A DNA stretch of 64,000 nucleotides, from NCBI GenBank assembly GCA_000004985.1, contig GG738883.1; one strand, 5' to 3'. The position numbers and the translations under genes are program-made. Below, piece after piece: positions 10,201 through 21,411 of this stretch. How positions within the stretch are numbered: position 1 is the first letter of the stretch; every line of letters begins with the position of its first letter. The notes under the pieces are model-generated. The model had not been told where the DNA came from. It saw nothing but the letters and a program-made list of their open reading frames with translations, and made no database searches. This DNA is from Naegleria gruberi (lineage: Eukaryota).

Positions 10201-11950
10201 ATGATGCGTTCCTCTTTACAACAATCTGTTCAAAAGATTTCATCCTTTTCCAAACTCATGGGAAGAAACAATATTTCTGCCTGTTCGTATGGTATTAACA
10301 ATATTCCATTCGAAAAGAAGGTTATGGATGCCAAGACTGCTCTCACTTCGTTCATCAAGGGAGGAAACAGAGTTTTCGTTCAAACTGGTAAGTGTTTTTG
10401 AAGCATTGTATGGAGTTTGTATAATTTTGAATTGTTTTACTGTACTATTATTGCCACTTGTTTGTATTCCGGAACTGATGATTCAATTCCAATATATATT
10501 TACATATTCGTCATCTTCATTATCCACTTTTTGATTTTCATCATCAATTCATTACTGTTTATATGAATATAATTATTATATTAAAATTCAAAAGGTTGCA
10601 ACGTTCCAAAGCACCTTATCAAGAGTTTGGATACACTCATCGATGAAAAGGAAAAGACCTTTGCCGATAATAAGAAGAGAATTGAATTCGTAGGTCTCCA
10701 TATTAACTATTATCCAGGAGAACAACCACCACACATGAGTGGTAAAAATAGAGAATACTTCCACACAAATGCCATCTTTAACGGTGCTTCGGAAAGAGCT
10801 GGTATGAAAGATAGAAGTGGTGAAGAATTACCACTTGTCGATTACTTGCCAATCTTTTTGAGTGAAGCTCCAATTTTGTTCAAGAGTGGTAAATTCCCAC
10901 TTGATGTTGCTTTGATTCAAGTTTCCCCACCAGATAGCCACGGTTATTGGTAAGTACTAGTATAATTTGAATTTTGTGAAATAATTATTACCTTAATTAG
11001 TTCACTTGGTGTCTCTGTCGATATTTCCTTGTCTGGTGTTCAATCTGCTAAATATGTCATTGCTCAAATTAACAAGAATGTCCCAAGAACTCACGGTGAT
11101 GGTTTCATTCACATTTCTCAAATTGATGCTTTCGTTAAGCATGACGAACCACTTTCTGAAATTCCATGTAATATTCATGAACTTGATGAAGTTGACAGAA
11201 AGATTGGTGAAAATGTTGCTCAATTGATTCCAGATAGAGCTTGTTTGCAATTGGGTGTCGGAAGTTTGCCAAATGCTGTTTGTGCTGCATTGACAAATCA
11301 CAAGGATATTGGTATCCACACTGAATTGATGTCTGATGGTGTTTTGGAATTATTCAAGAAGGGAGTTGTCACTAACAAGTATAAGGGAGTTCACCCTAAT
11401 GAAATTTTGTGTACTTTCGTCATGGGTTCAAGAAACATTTACGATTTCGTTGATGACAATCCACAAGTCATTTTCAGAGGAGCTGACTTTGTCAATGATA
11501 TTAACAATATTAAGCAAAATAAGAATATGATTGCTGTCAACAGTGCTATTGAAATTGATTTTACTGGTCAAGTTTGTGCTGACTCTATTGGTACCAGAAT
11601 GTACTCTGGTGTTGGTGGTCAAGTAAGTATTTAAATAGTTCAATAATAATTTATGCAATATTTAGATGGACTTTATGGTAGGTTCAGCAAAGAGTGAAGG
11701 TGGTAAGCCAATTATGGCCATTCCATCCCTTACATCAAATGGTGAATCAAAGATTGTCAATACTCTCAAGGAAGGTGCTGGTGTCGTTACTACAAGAGCT
11801 CACGTTCACTATGTCTGTACTGAATATGGTATTGCTGAATTGTATGGTAAGAACGTTGTTCAAAGAGCTAAGGCCTTGATCAGTATTGCTCACCCAATGC
11901 ATCGTGAAAGATTGACTTTTGAAGCTAAGAAACGTTTCGGTTATTTCTAA
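10201..11950 (+). CDS. ACH1: Acetyl-CoA hydrolase/transferase family protein (ACH1-like succinyl-CoA:acetate CoA-transferase) with an N-terminal organellar targeting presequence; 4 exons (10201..10387, 10595..10949, 11001..11622, 11666..11950)
   Basis: Four track ORFs are linked by GTAAGT introns in phases 1, 2 and 0. The junctions give conserved family blocks: ...HGY-C-SLGVSVD..., GVGGQ|MDFMVGSAKSEGGKPIMAIPS. The presequence is MMRSSLQQSVQKISSFSKLMGRNNISAC. Confidence 0.85.
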
Positions 11951-12075
11951 ACCTTATAGAGAGAATGCATCTCTTTTCCACAACATGATAAGAAAGAATT
12001 TATGTTGATTTTGCTCACAACTAACTTGCAACATGTTCAAAATTTTCTAACCAAATTTCCAATAAAAATTAAAAA

Positions 12076-13089
12076 ATGTCTGAAGAAGAAATACAACAAA
12101 TATCATCATCGGAGGAAAATATTACAACAGATGAAGAAGAAAAATCCTTGGAAGAATTAGAACAACAACTTGCTCAATTTAATGAACAATTACAACAATG
12201 TATTTTACTTTCCGAACAAGAACCAGAATCAACTGAATATTCATCACTGATTGAAGATTTACAAAATGCCATCAATTTGACAACGGAATTAATTAATATT
12301 AAATTATCGGAACAACAACAGACTCATAGTAATACAATTGTGGAATCTGCAGTACCATTATATCAAGAGGGAGATTATTGTTATGGTCTTTATGAAGGTT
12401 TATGGTATGTGGCTGTTGTTACTAAAATCATAGATAACACCAAAAAGCTTGCCGAGTCAAGCATCAAGAAACCTTCTTTTGAATATTTAGTTAGATATGT
12501 TGGATATGGAAATTCTGAATTTATTTCAAAAGAAAGATATACCATTAAGGATTATTCACACCCTCCAACTGAATATTTACAATCAGGATCTAAATGTCTT
12601 GCTGTCAATGCCAATGATCCTGATGGACTCTATGAAGATGCCGTTGTTGATAAATTGACAGAAAAAGAAACGGTTTGGGTCACATTTAAGGAGAGAGGAA
12701 TCATGCAAGAAGTTCCATTAAGACTGATAAGACTTGCCTCTGATCATTTCTATGATCCAAAATTCAAACCAAAGAAATTCAAAAAACCAGAAACCACAAG
12801 CAATACTACCACTGTTGCTTCTACTGCTGCTGCAACAGCCATCACCCAAGAAAAGAAGGAGCAAGCTGAAATTATTGCCAAAAAGAAAAAGAAGCAAGAA
12901 AAGAGACAAGCCAAACAAAAGGAAGAGGAAAAAAACATTAATGAAAGAAAACAAAGTTGGCAATCCTTCAAGAATAAGAACTCTGGTAATTACAAGAATA
13001 CTGGAAAGACATTACAATCCTCAGAAAAGACCTTCACTCCCGCCCAAAAGAAAACCAAACATTCACACCCAACTAGTTCTCAACAATAA
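12076..13089 (+). CDS. SPF30/SMNDC1-like Tudor-domain splicing factor
   Basis: N-terminal coiled coil (LEELEQQLAQFNEQLQQ). Tudor-like core YQEGDYCYGLYEGLWYVAVVTKI ... YLVRYVGYGNSEFISKERY. The K-rich C-terminal tail (KKKKKQEKRQAKQKEEEKNINERKQSWQSFKNKNSGNYKN) follows the SPF30 pattern. Confidence 0.55.
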   Translation: MSEEEIQQISSSEENITTDEEEKSLEELEQQLAQFNEQLQQCILLSEQEPESTEYSSLIEDLQNAINLTTELINIKLSEQQQTHSNTIVESAVPLYQEGDYCYGLYEGLWYVAVVTKIIDNTKKLAESSIKKPSFEYLVRYVGYGNSEFISKERYTIKDYSHPPTEYLQSGSKCLAVNANDPDGLYEDAVVDKLTEKETVWVTFKERGIMQEVPLRLIRLASDHFYDPKFKPKKFKKPETTSNTTTVASTAAATAITQEKKEQAEIIAKKKKKQEKRQAKQKEEEKNINERKQSWQSFKNKNSGNYKNTGKTLQSSEKTFTPAQKKTKHSHPTSSQQ

Positions 13090-13364
13090 ATTATTCATCA
13101 TCATCGCCTAAGAAGAAGTTTAAAACTGCATTAGAAAAATTGAAACTCTTCTCGTTAGCTAGCTCCCTAACTCATTCACACAACGATGTGATTGGAGAGT
13201 TGTGATTACTTGAAAAATTGAAGCGAAACGGTTTTGTAAGCATCTCCAAATCAGCAAAATATTTTAAAAATAAAAAATCAAATTTAAAAAAAAATCGAAC
13301 CAAGTGCTAGGCTGCCCTACATTTCTTCGAGAAAAATAAACTCCTAGATTTATACATCATCACC

Positions 13365-16109
13365 ATGCAAAACGAAGGTAAAGAACAACAAAAAGCCGGA
13401 GGTTTCTTCTCCTCACAAAACAAGAGAAGTGAAATCAACGAATGGAGATTGGGCTTGGGAAATGAAAAGGAATCCGTCAGAAAGGATACAGTCAAGAAGG
13501 TTATTGCTGCCATGACTGTCGGTAAAGACGTTTCCATGTTGTTCACTGATGTCATCAAGTGTGTTGCTACCAACAATATCGAACTTAAGAAGTTGGTCTA
13601 TCTTTATATTATGAATTATGCTAAGACTCAACCAGATTTGGCTATCATGGCTGTCAATCAATTCGAAAGAGACTCTAACCATCCAAATCCTTTGATCAGA
13701 GGTTTGGCTGTCAGAACTATGGGTTGTATCAGAGTTAACAAGATTGTCGAATATTTGGCTGAACCAATTAGAAAGACAATCAAGGATAAGGATCCATACG
13801 TCAGAAAGACAGCTGCTGTTGCCATTGCTAAATTGTTCGATATTAATGCTGAAATGGCTATTGAGCAAGGATTTGTTGAAGCTTTGGAAGAATTGTTGAC
13901 TGATGACAACCCTATGGTTGTTGCTAACGCTGTTAAAGCTTTGGATGAAATTTCATCAACATCAAGTGAAGTTATTCTTGATTTCACAGAAAAGACTGTC
14001 AAGACTCTCTTGGCTGCTTTGAACCAATGTACAGAATGGGGTCAAGTTTTTATTTTGGATGCTCTCTCAAATTATCAACCAAAATCTGATAAGGAAACTA
14101 CTGAAATTGCTGAAAGAGTTGCTCCACGTTTGCAACATGCCAACTCTGCTGTCGTCCTTTCTGCTGTCAGAGTTATTAACAAGATGATTGATTTGATTAG
14201 CAATGAAAATGAAAAGAATGAATTGATCCAAAAGATCTCTGCTCCTCTTGTCACATTGTTGAGTGGTAACCCAGAAATTCAATATGTTGCTTTGCGTAAT
14301 ATTGACTTGATTGTCCAAAGTAGACCAGGTATTCTTGCTAACAATATCAAGATGTTCTTCTGTAAATATAACGATCCTATTTATGTCAAGTTGGAAAAGT
14401 TGGATATTATGGTTAAATTGGCTTCTGAACGTAACGTTGATACTGTTTTGATGGAATTCAAGGAATATGCCACTGAAGTTGACGTTGAATTTGTCAGAAG
14501 AAGTGTCCGTGCTATTGGTAGATGTGCCATTAAGCTTGAAAGAGCTGCCCAAAGATGTGTTGATGTTTTGCTTGATTTGATTCAAACTAAGGTTAACTAT
14601 GTCGTCCAAGAAGCTATCATTGTCATTAAGGATATTTTCAGAAGATATCCAAACAAGTATGAAGGTATTATTGGTAAGCTCTGTGAAAACCTCGATACTT
14701 TGGATGAACCAGAAGCTAAGGCTTCTATGATTTGGATTATCGGTGAATATTCCAACAAGATTGAAAATGCTGACGAATTGTTGCAAATCTTTATTGATAC
14801 TTTCCACGATGAAACTTCTCTTGTTCAATTGCAAGCCCTTACTGCTGTCATGAAGCTCTTCTTGAGAAGACCAAACGACACTAGAGATTTGATCAAGAAG
14901 GTTCTCCATTTGTCTACTGAAGAATCTGATAACCCAGATTTGCGTGACAGAGGTTACATTTATTGGCGTTTGCTCAATGAAGACCCAGAAGCTGCTAAGG
15001 CTGTCGTCTTGTCTGAAAAGCCAGTCATTAGAGATGACTCTACCAACATTCCAAAGACCTTGTTGAACGAATTGGTCAAGCATATTGGTACTTTGTCATC
15101 AGTCTATCATAAGCCTCCAGAATTGTTCGTTGCTGGTTACAAGAAGAAGAAGAGTGAATCTGGTGAAGATAAGGAAGTTGAAGATTACCTCAGAGAACAA
15201 CAACACCAAGATGCTGCTGACAGAACTACCACCCAAGATATTCTTGGTTTGGATGACGTTTTGGGAATGGGTACTGGTGCTCCAGCTCAAGATTCTGGTG
15301 ATCTTGATTTGGATGATGTTTTGGGTGTTGGTTCATCTCAACCTCAATTACAATTCTCTGCATCAACATCTGCCAATGCCAACGTTACTTCTCTCGTTCG
15401 TCCAGCTCCACAAAAGAAGTTGTTGCTCACTGCTGATAAGAGCAAGGGTCTCCAAATTTATGGTGCCATCAATAGAAATGCCAGAGGTGGACTCGAATTC
15501 TTGGTCACTTTTGAAAATCTTTCACAACAACCAATCACTGGTTATGCTTGTAAATTCAACACAAACACTTTCGGTTTCGTCCCAGGACAAGTTCAAGCTA
15601 ATGGTATTATGCCTGGTCAAAAGACTGATGGTATTGTTCCAATCCTCCCTGGTAACAATGAATCTGATAAGGTTTCTCCACTTATCCAAGTTGCCATCAA
15701 GACTGATTTGGGTGTTGCTTACTTTGCTGATAGCATTCCATTCAGTGCCTTGTTCATTGAAAATGGTTCTTGTGATAGAGATACTTACCTCACTCTCTTC
15801 CAAAGCATTCCAGATGAAACTGAAAGCACTACTGATGCTCCAAACGCTTCTGCTGGTAATGCTAGCGCTCTCATTTCTAGATTGCAAGCTCACAACATTT
15901 TCTTCGTTGCTGACCATCAAGATGCTGGTTTGACCAACTATTACTTCTCTGCCAAATTCAACTATGGTACTGAAGAAGTTATTGCTCTCTTGGAAATTGT
16001 TGTTAGTGCCAACTCACCACAATGCAAGATTAATACCAGATGTGCTGAAACTCAATTCATCCCATTCATTGAACAAGATGTTGCCAGAATTGTTTCCCTC
16101 ACTTTCTAA
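13365..16109 (+). CDS. AP-1/AP-2 adaptor complex beta subunit (beta-adaptin), single exon, 914 aa
   Basis: Near-invariant trunk motifs VKKVIAAMTVGKDVSMLF, LKKLVYLYIMNYAKTQPDLAIMAVN, NPLIRGLAVRTMGCIRV and DPYVRKTAAVAIAKL. A hinge and an appendage domain follow. Confidence 0.9.
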   Translation: MQNEGKEQQKAGGFFSSQNKRSEINEWRLGLGNEKESVRKDTVKKVIAAMTVGKDVSMLFTDVIKCVATNNIELKKLVYLYIMNYAKTQPDLAIMAVNQFERDSNHPNPLIRGLAVRTMGCIRVNKIVEYLAEPIRKTIKDKDPYVRKTAAVAIAKLFDINAEMAIEQGFVEALEELLTDDNPMVVANAVKALDEISSTSSEVILDFTEKTVKTLLAALNQCTEWGQVFILDALSNYQPKSDKETTEIAERVAPRLQHANSAVVLSAVRVINKMIDLISNENEKNELIQKISAPLVTLLSGNPEIQYVALRNIDLIVQSRPGILANNIKMFFCKYNDPIYVKLEKLDIMVKLASERNVDTVLMEFKEYATEVDVEFVRRSVRAIGRCAIKLERAAQRCVDVLLDLIQTKVNYVVQEAIIVIKDIFRRYPNKYEGIIGKLCENLDTLDEPEAKASMIWIIGEYSNKIENADELLQIFIDTFHDETSLVQLQALTAVMKLFLRRPNDTRDLIKKVLHLSTEESDNPDLRDRGYIYWRLLNEDPEAAKAVVLSEKPVIRDDSTNIPKTLLNELVKHIGTLSSVYHKPPELFVAGYKKKKSESGEDKEVEDYLREQQHQDAADRTTTQDILGLDDVLGMGTGAPAQDSGDLDLDDVLGVGSSQPQLQFSASTSANANVTSLVRPAPQKKLLLTADKSKGLQIYGAINRNARGGLEFLVTFENLSQQPITGYACKFNTNTFGFVPGQVQANGIMPGQKTDGIVPILPGNNESDKVSPLIQVAIKTDLGVAYFADSIPFSALFIENGSCDRDTYLTLFQSIPDETESTTDAPNASAGNASALISRLQAHNIFFVADHQDAGLTNYYFSAKFNYGTEEVIALLEIVVSANSPQCKINTRCAETQFIPFIEQDVARIVSLTF

Positions 16110-16283
16110 ATAAATTAAACATTTATTCTCTGAAAACAATTGCCTCAATACTATTCTTTTGTAAACTAAATTTCAATACGAGCAGTCTACTATTACAGTA
16201 CTGAATATTCAACGTATTTCCCTCCAATAGGCCACTTAAAGCGACAAGAAAAAAATCAACCCAACAGACATCCTTTTTTCATC

Positions 16284-18200
16284 ATGTCTTCGTCGATAAA
16301 CCATGATGAGAGCCAATCATTACTCTCCTCACCGCCTCCTCCCCAAACACAACAAGAAGATGATGACCAAGAATTCGACTTGCATCCAATAGAGAAGATT
16401 AAAAAACGTTCTTCCGGAACCATTTCTACAATCTTTTCCATCGTCAATACTATGGTTGTAAGTTTTTCATCATCCGAATTGTTCTTCAATACTAATTATC
16501 TATTTTCTAATTTCTTCTAATTTTCTAATGAATTAAAATTGATATCTATTTAAATAGGGTTCAACCATTCTATCACTTGCTTGGGGATTTACTCAAAGGT
16601 TTGTTTTCTTCTTTAATTTATTATTGAATATTTTATTGAATATATTTAATTATTATTATTATTCTAATTAATTGCAACAAATAGTGGTTTATACTTGGGT
16701 ATAATAGTATTTATTCTCGTCGGATTTATTAGTTATTACACTTGTAATTTGGTTGTTAAACATTCATTATTTAAAGTGAGATATGATGCCAGTAGTGAAG
16801 AAAGCAATACTAATACTGAATCAATTAATAGTGAAAGTCCAAATTATAATTCAATAGGAGGAGAATCAAAGACTCAATCATTCAAGATTGGAAAAGTTTC
16901 ATATACTAAAAAAACAAAGAGGCAAATCAAATCAATTTTTGATATTAAGGATTTTTCACAAGTTTGTGTTGAACATTTAGGAAAGTGGAGTGAAATTTTG
17001 TGTATTCTTACAAGTATTGTAATTTTGGTTGGAGCTTCAATTGCCTATCACATATTTATGAAAGATTGTCTTGTTAGTATTATTGATGGTATTGCAAATA
17101 TTGAATATGATCAATCAGTTATTTATCCATGGGAAAATAATGGTCCTCCATGGTATTGGAATGGAATTTTTGCATCATTGATTATTGTTGTGGTTTTATA
17201 TCCAATTACATTGTTTAAGAATTTGAATTTCCTTGTCAAGTTTAACTCATTTGGTATTTTCTTTGTGTTATTCTTGCTGGTTTTTATTATTTATGCATCA
17301 ATTGAAGCTTTGGTTTCACCTTTTGAAATGTCAGCTAATGTTGCAAGTGTGTCAAGTTTGACCATTTCAGCATTGGGATTATTTGGAAGTAATTCAGCTA
17401 CTCCTCCTGCTTCATCTTCACAGGATTCTTATAATATTGCTGATGATGTTATTAGAAAAGGAGACGAAGTTCTTGTCAATCACCTTAAATTATTCGATAT
17501 TCACTTTAGTCACCTTTTGGCAATTTTGTCTTTGAGTTTCTTTATTCACAACGTTATTGGACCAATTTTGAAAAACCAAAAGTCTTTGAAACATACCCAA
17601 AGAGATACAGGTGTAGCTTTCATTGTTGCTGGTATGATTTATGCTGTTCCTGGAATTTTGGGAGCTTTTGCGTATGTTTTTTTTAAATTTATTGGATTTT
17701 TATTGACCTATTATATCACAAGTTTCCGTTTTGCCTCAATTGATCAAAACTTTTTGAATCAATTCTCATCTAAGAGTATTTATGCTAATATTTCTCGTGG
17801 TGCAGTTTTGTTCCAATTAATGTCAATTTATCCTCTCTTGTTGAGTGTTATTAGAGTTCAATTTTTCAGTTTTGTGTACAGAAATAATCCAAACAAGGAG
17901 AAGCAACAATATCCTGGAATTATTCAAGTTGGCGCTTTGAACTTTTTTGTTTGTTTGATTACCACAGCAATGGCTGCTTTTTATCCAATGGTTGGTACTG
18001 TTTTGAGATTTACAGGTGCCATTTGTGGTTTAATTTACATGTACTTGTTACCTGTTTCAATTCACTTGGTTGTGCAATACAAGAAGAAGCAACTCACCAT
18101 TCTCTCAGTTCTATTCCATGTAGTATTGGTGCTATTTGGTTTATCAATTTTGGTATTACAATTTATTGATTTTGATCAATTCACACAGAAAGGCAATTAA
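16284..18200 (+). CDS. Amino-acid transporter, Aa_trans family (AVT/SLC38-like); 3 exons (16284..16457, 16558..16598, 16685..18200)
   Basis: GTAAGT and GTTTGT donors. The junctions rebuild the family N-terminal motif SSGTISTIFSIVNTMV|GSTILSLAWGFTQ-S-GLYLGIIVFILVGFISYYTC. About 10 predicted TM segments follow. Confidence 0.75.
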
Positions 18201-18222
18201 ATAAAAATAATATTATATAATC

Positions 18223-21186
18223 TTATTCCATCTTTGTTGGTGGTGGCAATTCAGTTGACTCTCCCTTTTGACTAGTAGGTGAAGCAAATGTAGCAGCTGG
18301 TGGAGTTTGTTGCATTTTCATATTAGGAGAAGAGAATTGAGCAAGAAGAGGCTTTCCAAATGGAGAAGGAGTGAAAGGACCACCAACTCCAAGTTTTGGA
18401 GTGCTTGCAAAAGGAGTTGGAGTGCTTGGAATAGCTTCCTTCTTTTCCTTCTTTGCTTTTTCCAAAGCTTCTTGTTCTTGTTGAAGTAATAACAATGACT
18501 TGGATTCTGTTTGGAGAGCTTTCCATTCCTTTGCAAGTTGAGTTTCAATAGCTTGGAAAATCTTAGTGAGTTGAGTATCAGATAAGGTGACACTCTTGAG
18601 TTGTTGCAAGGTGGTTTGGCAAAAGTTCTTCAAAGACATAATACTTTCCTTATATTCATCAAAGCTATGGATACACTTCTTATTTTCATCATCAATATCT
18701 TCATTATCCTTCTTTTCCTTCATCAAGAAAACTTCTTTTGGAACTGTGAGTAAGATGGAACCTAACAAGTGACTAACATATGAAATGTCCTTAATACATG
18801 TACTAACACTGATTTGGAAAGATAAGCTCTCTTGTTTGGTGAAACAAATGTATGGAATAATAAAATGTTCAAAGAGAAGAGAGTATGTTTGAACAAGCTC
18901 TGCAAGTTGAGTAGTGAGGAACCACTTAATATTACCAGACAAGAGAACTGGAATGGCATATTGTTGAATATCCTTGATAACTCTACAGCAATCAGAAATA
19001 AAAGAGTCAACAAAGTTGAATTCACGTTGAATGACAGATTTGCCAAATAATGATAATTCAGTAGTTTCACCTTCAAGGAAGAGTGTTCTGAAAACAAAGT
19101 TCAACTTGTGAAGGTTTTGAGAGTAGTAATGAGCATCACTTGGAATTTCAATATTTCTAAACTTTTCAATATCGTCATCCTTCTTTCTTTCAGTGGCAAA
19201 CTTTCCAATACCTTCATTGTCATTTGGAGTTTCATATCCTGAAATATTTCTGTGCGAATTAAAGGCAGCAATCTTGGCATTTTGGTGGAATCTCAAAATG
19301 GAGAAGATGAGTAACTTTCTTTCAAGGGAGTGCTTCTTGAGTTGTTCTTGTAAAGCATCCATTTCAATTGTAATCTTTGAAGATGAGGAAGCATCAGTAC
19401 TGAACAAGAGTCTTTGAATGAATGGATAAAATTCAAAAGCCAAGAACTCTGGGAGAGGAGGCAATTGATAAGGAATCTTGATTTTAAGCATGGCTTGAGC
19501 CTTATCTCCAGCATAGTATAACCTAGTGAGAGTTTCAATATATTCAACAAAATCATGTACATTGTGTACCTCCTCGAGGAATGACAAGTAAGTTGGCAAA
19601 ATACCAGCAGTATTTACAGGGACAACTGGTGAATTGGATTCAGCAACATTGATAGGGGCTGTTGGAACAGGTGTAGGTACATGGGCTTCATCAGTCATTT
19701 GTTGATCTTGATCTGATGATTTAAAACTAATCTTGATGGTTGTTCCCTTAGTGTTGGTATTAACAAGAGTGGTACCTTCTTTTTGTGGCTTAACTTTGAC
19801 CTTTTTCTTTGCTGATGCATTGGATTCTTCAGGTTCAGTGGCCTTTCTCTTATTCTTTTGCTTCAACATTGGCATGGATAAGAGAACTTGTTCAACGGAC
19901 TCTACAGGCATATTAGGGTGTTGAGAATAAATTAATTCCAATAAATAGAAGATTTCTTGAAGGAGTGTGTTAGAAATGAATGGAGATCTACAAATGACAG
20001 CAATATCTCCCCAAGCTTCACTATCAGAAGGGATATTGTCGAAAAAGTGTCTCAATTCTTTCATTCTTCTAACATCGAAAAAGTCTTTCAAATTGATAGT
20101 GTCAGAACTATCAACTTGTTTGTTTTCACCTTGTTGATTAATTCCTTCGATGGTTTCTTCCTTCTTGACAACAGGCTTTGCCTTAGCTTTGGAGCCCTTC
20201 TTTGGTTTGGCTTTTTTGGTTGCTCCTGTTGAAGATCCCAAAGAACCACTAGAACTGGCATGTGAAAGGGAAGCTTGATTTCTGGTGCAAGTAATCTCAG
20301 TCTTGGCATCTTCTGAATGTTCAGAATAGACATAATTCAATAAATTGGCATGTACAGTTCTAATCCAAGCGTCCAACCACCAACAAAAGTAATGGCACAT
20401 ATCCATTTGGTGAAGTTGTTGAACTTGATTGTCGTGAAGAGCCATCAAAAGATCATATCTGAATGTACACAAATGTCTACTTCCTGTTGCAAGGAGTTGA
20501 CTTCTACAATAGCCTAGAACTCTATGATATAACTTAGGGTCTTTTCCTAAAATATTGATCATGCTTGTCAATGTTTGATTTTTCTCTCTCTTCTTCTTTG
20601 GATCAATTTTATAGGTTGAAAGGAGGTCAATCTTGTAAATTTGAGGAAGGTCATACTTCTTCAGAAGAGTTGAAATGTGTTTGATAAACAAGTTTTCATC
20701 ATTTACCCATACTTGTCTCTTCACTTCAATAGGGAGATTTTTAAAAATCTCATTATTACCTTGAAGTTGTTGTAAAAAGTTGACAGGAATTTCATCCATT
20801 CTCTTCAAAAGAGAGTATACAATCGGACGTAATTCCTCAAATCCAATATATGGGAAAATTTGTTCCAATAGTTCCTTTTCTTGAGTTAATTCACTTTCAT
20901 TTTCAATTTTATCAAGAAGAATTTTCTTCAAATGGTTCATCAAACCAAAAAATAAATTGTTTCTTTGTACATTCAATAGATCGGTTAACTCCAAAATAGG
21001 CGGAATGCTTGGAGACACTGCATTACTAGATAATGATGAAAACTGTTTTTGAAAAGTAGTAATGGCAACCTTTGGATCACCAGAACTCAGCTTGGTAAGA
21101 ATATATTCTTGCCCTTCGGCTCCTAACAGCGCTCTTGAGTGATCAGAATTTGGCGGTTGATAACCTCCTTCACCACTTCCACTCAT
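18223..21186 (-). CDS. NELF-B (COBRA1)-like negative elongation factor subunit, single exon, 987 aa, with low-complexity insert and a coiled-coil C-terminal extension
   Basis: Conserved NELF-B blocks: PIEVKRQVWVNDENLF, KLYHRVLGYCRSQLLATGSRHLCTFRYDLLMALHD and DMCHYFCWWLDAWIR. An S/K-rich insert (ATKKAKPKKGSKAKAKP) and a C-terminal KEWKALQTESKSLLLLQQEQEALEKAKKEKK coiled coil are not part of the remembered family pattern. Confidence 0.65.
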   Translation of the reverse strand: MSGSGEGGYQPPNSDHSRALLGAEGQEYILTKLSSGDPKVAITTFQKQFSSLSSNAVSPSIPPILELTDLLNVQRNNLFFGLMNHLKKILLDKIENESELTQEKELLEQIFPYIGFEELRPIVYSLLKRMDEIPVNFLQQLQGNNEIFKNLPIEVKRQVWVNDENLFIKHISTLLKKYDLPQIYKIDLLSTYKIDPKKKREKNQTLTSMINILGKDPKLYHRVLGYCRSQLLATGSRHLCTFRYDLLMALHDNQVQQLHQMDMCHYFCWWLDAWIRTVHANLLNYVYSEHSEDAKTEITCTRNQASLSHASSSGSLGSSTGATKKAKPKKGSKAKAKPVVKKEETIEGINQQGENKQVDSSDTINLKDFFDVRRMKELRHFFDNIPSDSEAWGDIAVICRSPFISNTLLQEIFYLLELIYSQHPNMPVESVEQVLLSMPMLKQKNKRKATEPEESNASAKKKVKVKPQKEGTTLVNTNTKGTTIKISFKSSDQDQQMTDEAHVPTPVPTAPINVAESNSPVVPVNTAGILPTYLSFLEEVHNVHDFVEYIETLTRLYYAGDKAQAMLKIKIPYQLPPLPEFLAFEFYPFIQRLLFSTDASSSSKITIEMDALQEQLKKHSLERKLLIFSILRFHQNAKIAAFNSHRNISGYETPNDNEGIGKFATERKKDDDIEKFRNIEIPSDAHYYSQNLHKLNFVFRTLFLEGETTELSLFGKSVIQREFNFVDSFISDCCRVIKDIQQYAIPVLLSGNIKWFLTTQLAELVQTYSLLFEHFIIPYICFTKQESLSFQISVSTCIKDISYVSHLLGSILLTVPKEVFLMKEKKDNEDIDDENKKCIHSFDEYKESIMSLKNFCQTTLQQLKSVTLSDTQLTKIFQAIETQLAKEWKALQTESKSLLLLQQEQEALEKAKKEKKEAIPSTPTPFASTPKLGVGGPFTPSPFGKPLLAQFSSPNMKMQQTPPAATFASPTSQKGESTELPPPTKME

Positions 21187-21411
21187 TTTTTTTGATTAAA
21201 AAATTCTTAAAAAAATATTAAAAAATCCAAACGGTTTTTTCATCACACCAGAAAATAATACAAAACATCACTATTAAGTAAGCCTTTGCAATTAATATCA
21301 ATGAGGTCTTAAAGCACAAAATAATAGAGTTACTCTTTTATCACCCTTTCCGAACGAAAGGAATTTTAATATTAATATGCACTAGAAATTAAACTCAAAG
21401 CAGATTTAATT

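Noticed and set aside
10201-11950. Initial idea that the organism is an anaerobic gut fungus (Neocallimastigomycota) with hydrogenosomes, prompted by an ACH1/ASCT-type gene with a presequence and the AT-rich, GGT/GCT/AAG-biased codon usage
   Set aside because: Intergenic regions are far less AT-extreme than in those fungi. The window also encodes ATP23 and an MRPL43/NDUFA2-fold protein, which fit a conventional mitochondrion, plus GT13, GT61, M32 and NELF-B, which are not a fungal repertoire.
12718-13111. Three overlapping ORFs on both strands over the 3' third of the SPF30-like gene
   Set aside because: They are products of the AAG/AAA-rich lysine-tail coding sequence. Poly-L/F peptides result from reverse-strand reading.
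15085-15933. 282-aa plus-strand ORF overlapping the beta-adaptin gene in another frame, plus several minus-strand ORFs (13413..13868, 14067..15083)
   Set aside because: They lie entirely within a strongly supported conserved CDS. Their composition is skewed (L/S/V-rich) and typical of off-frame translation of biased codons.
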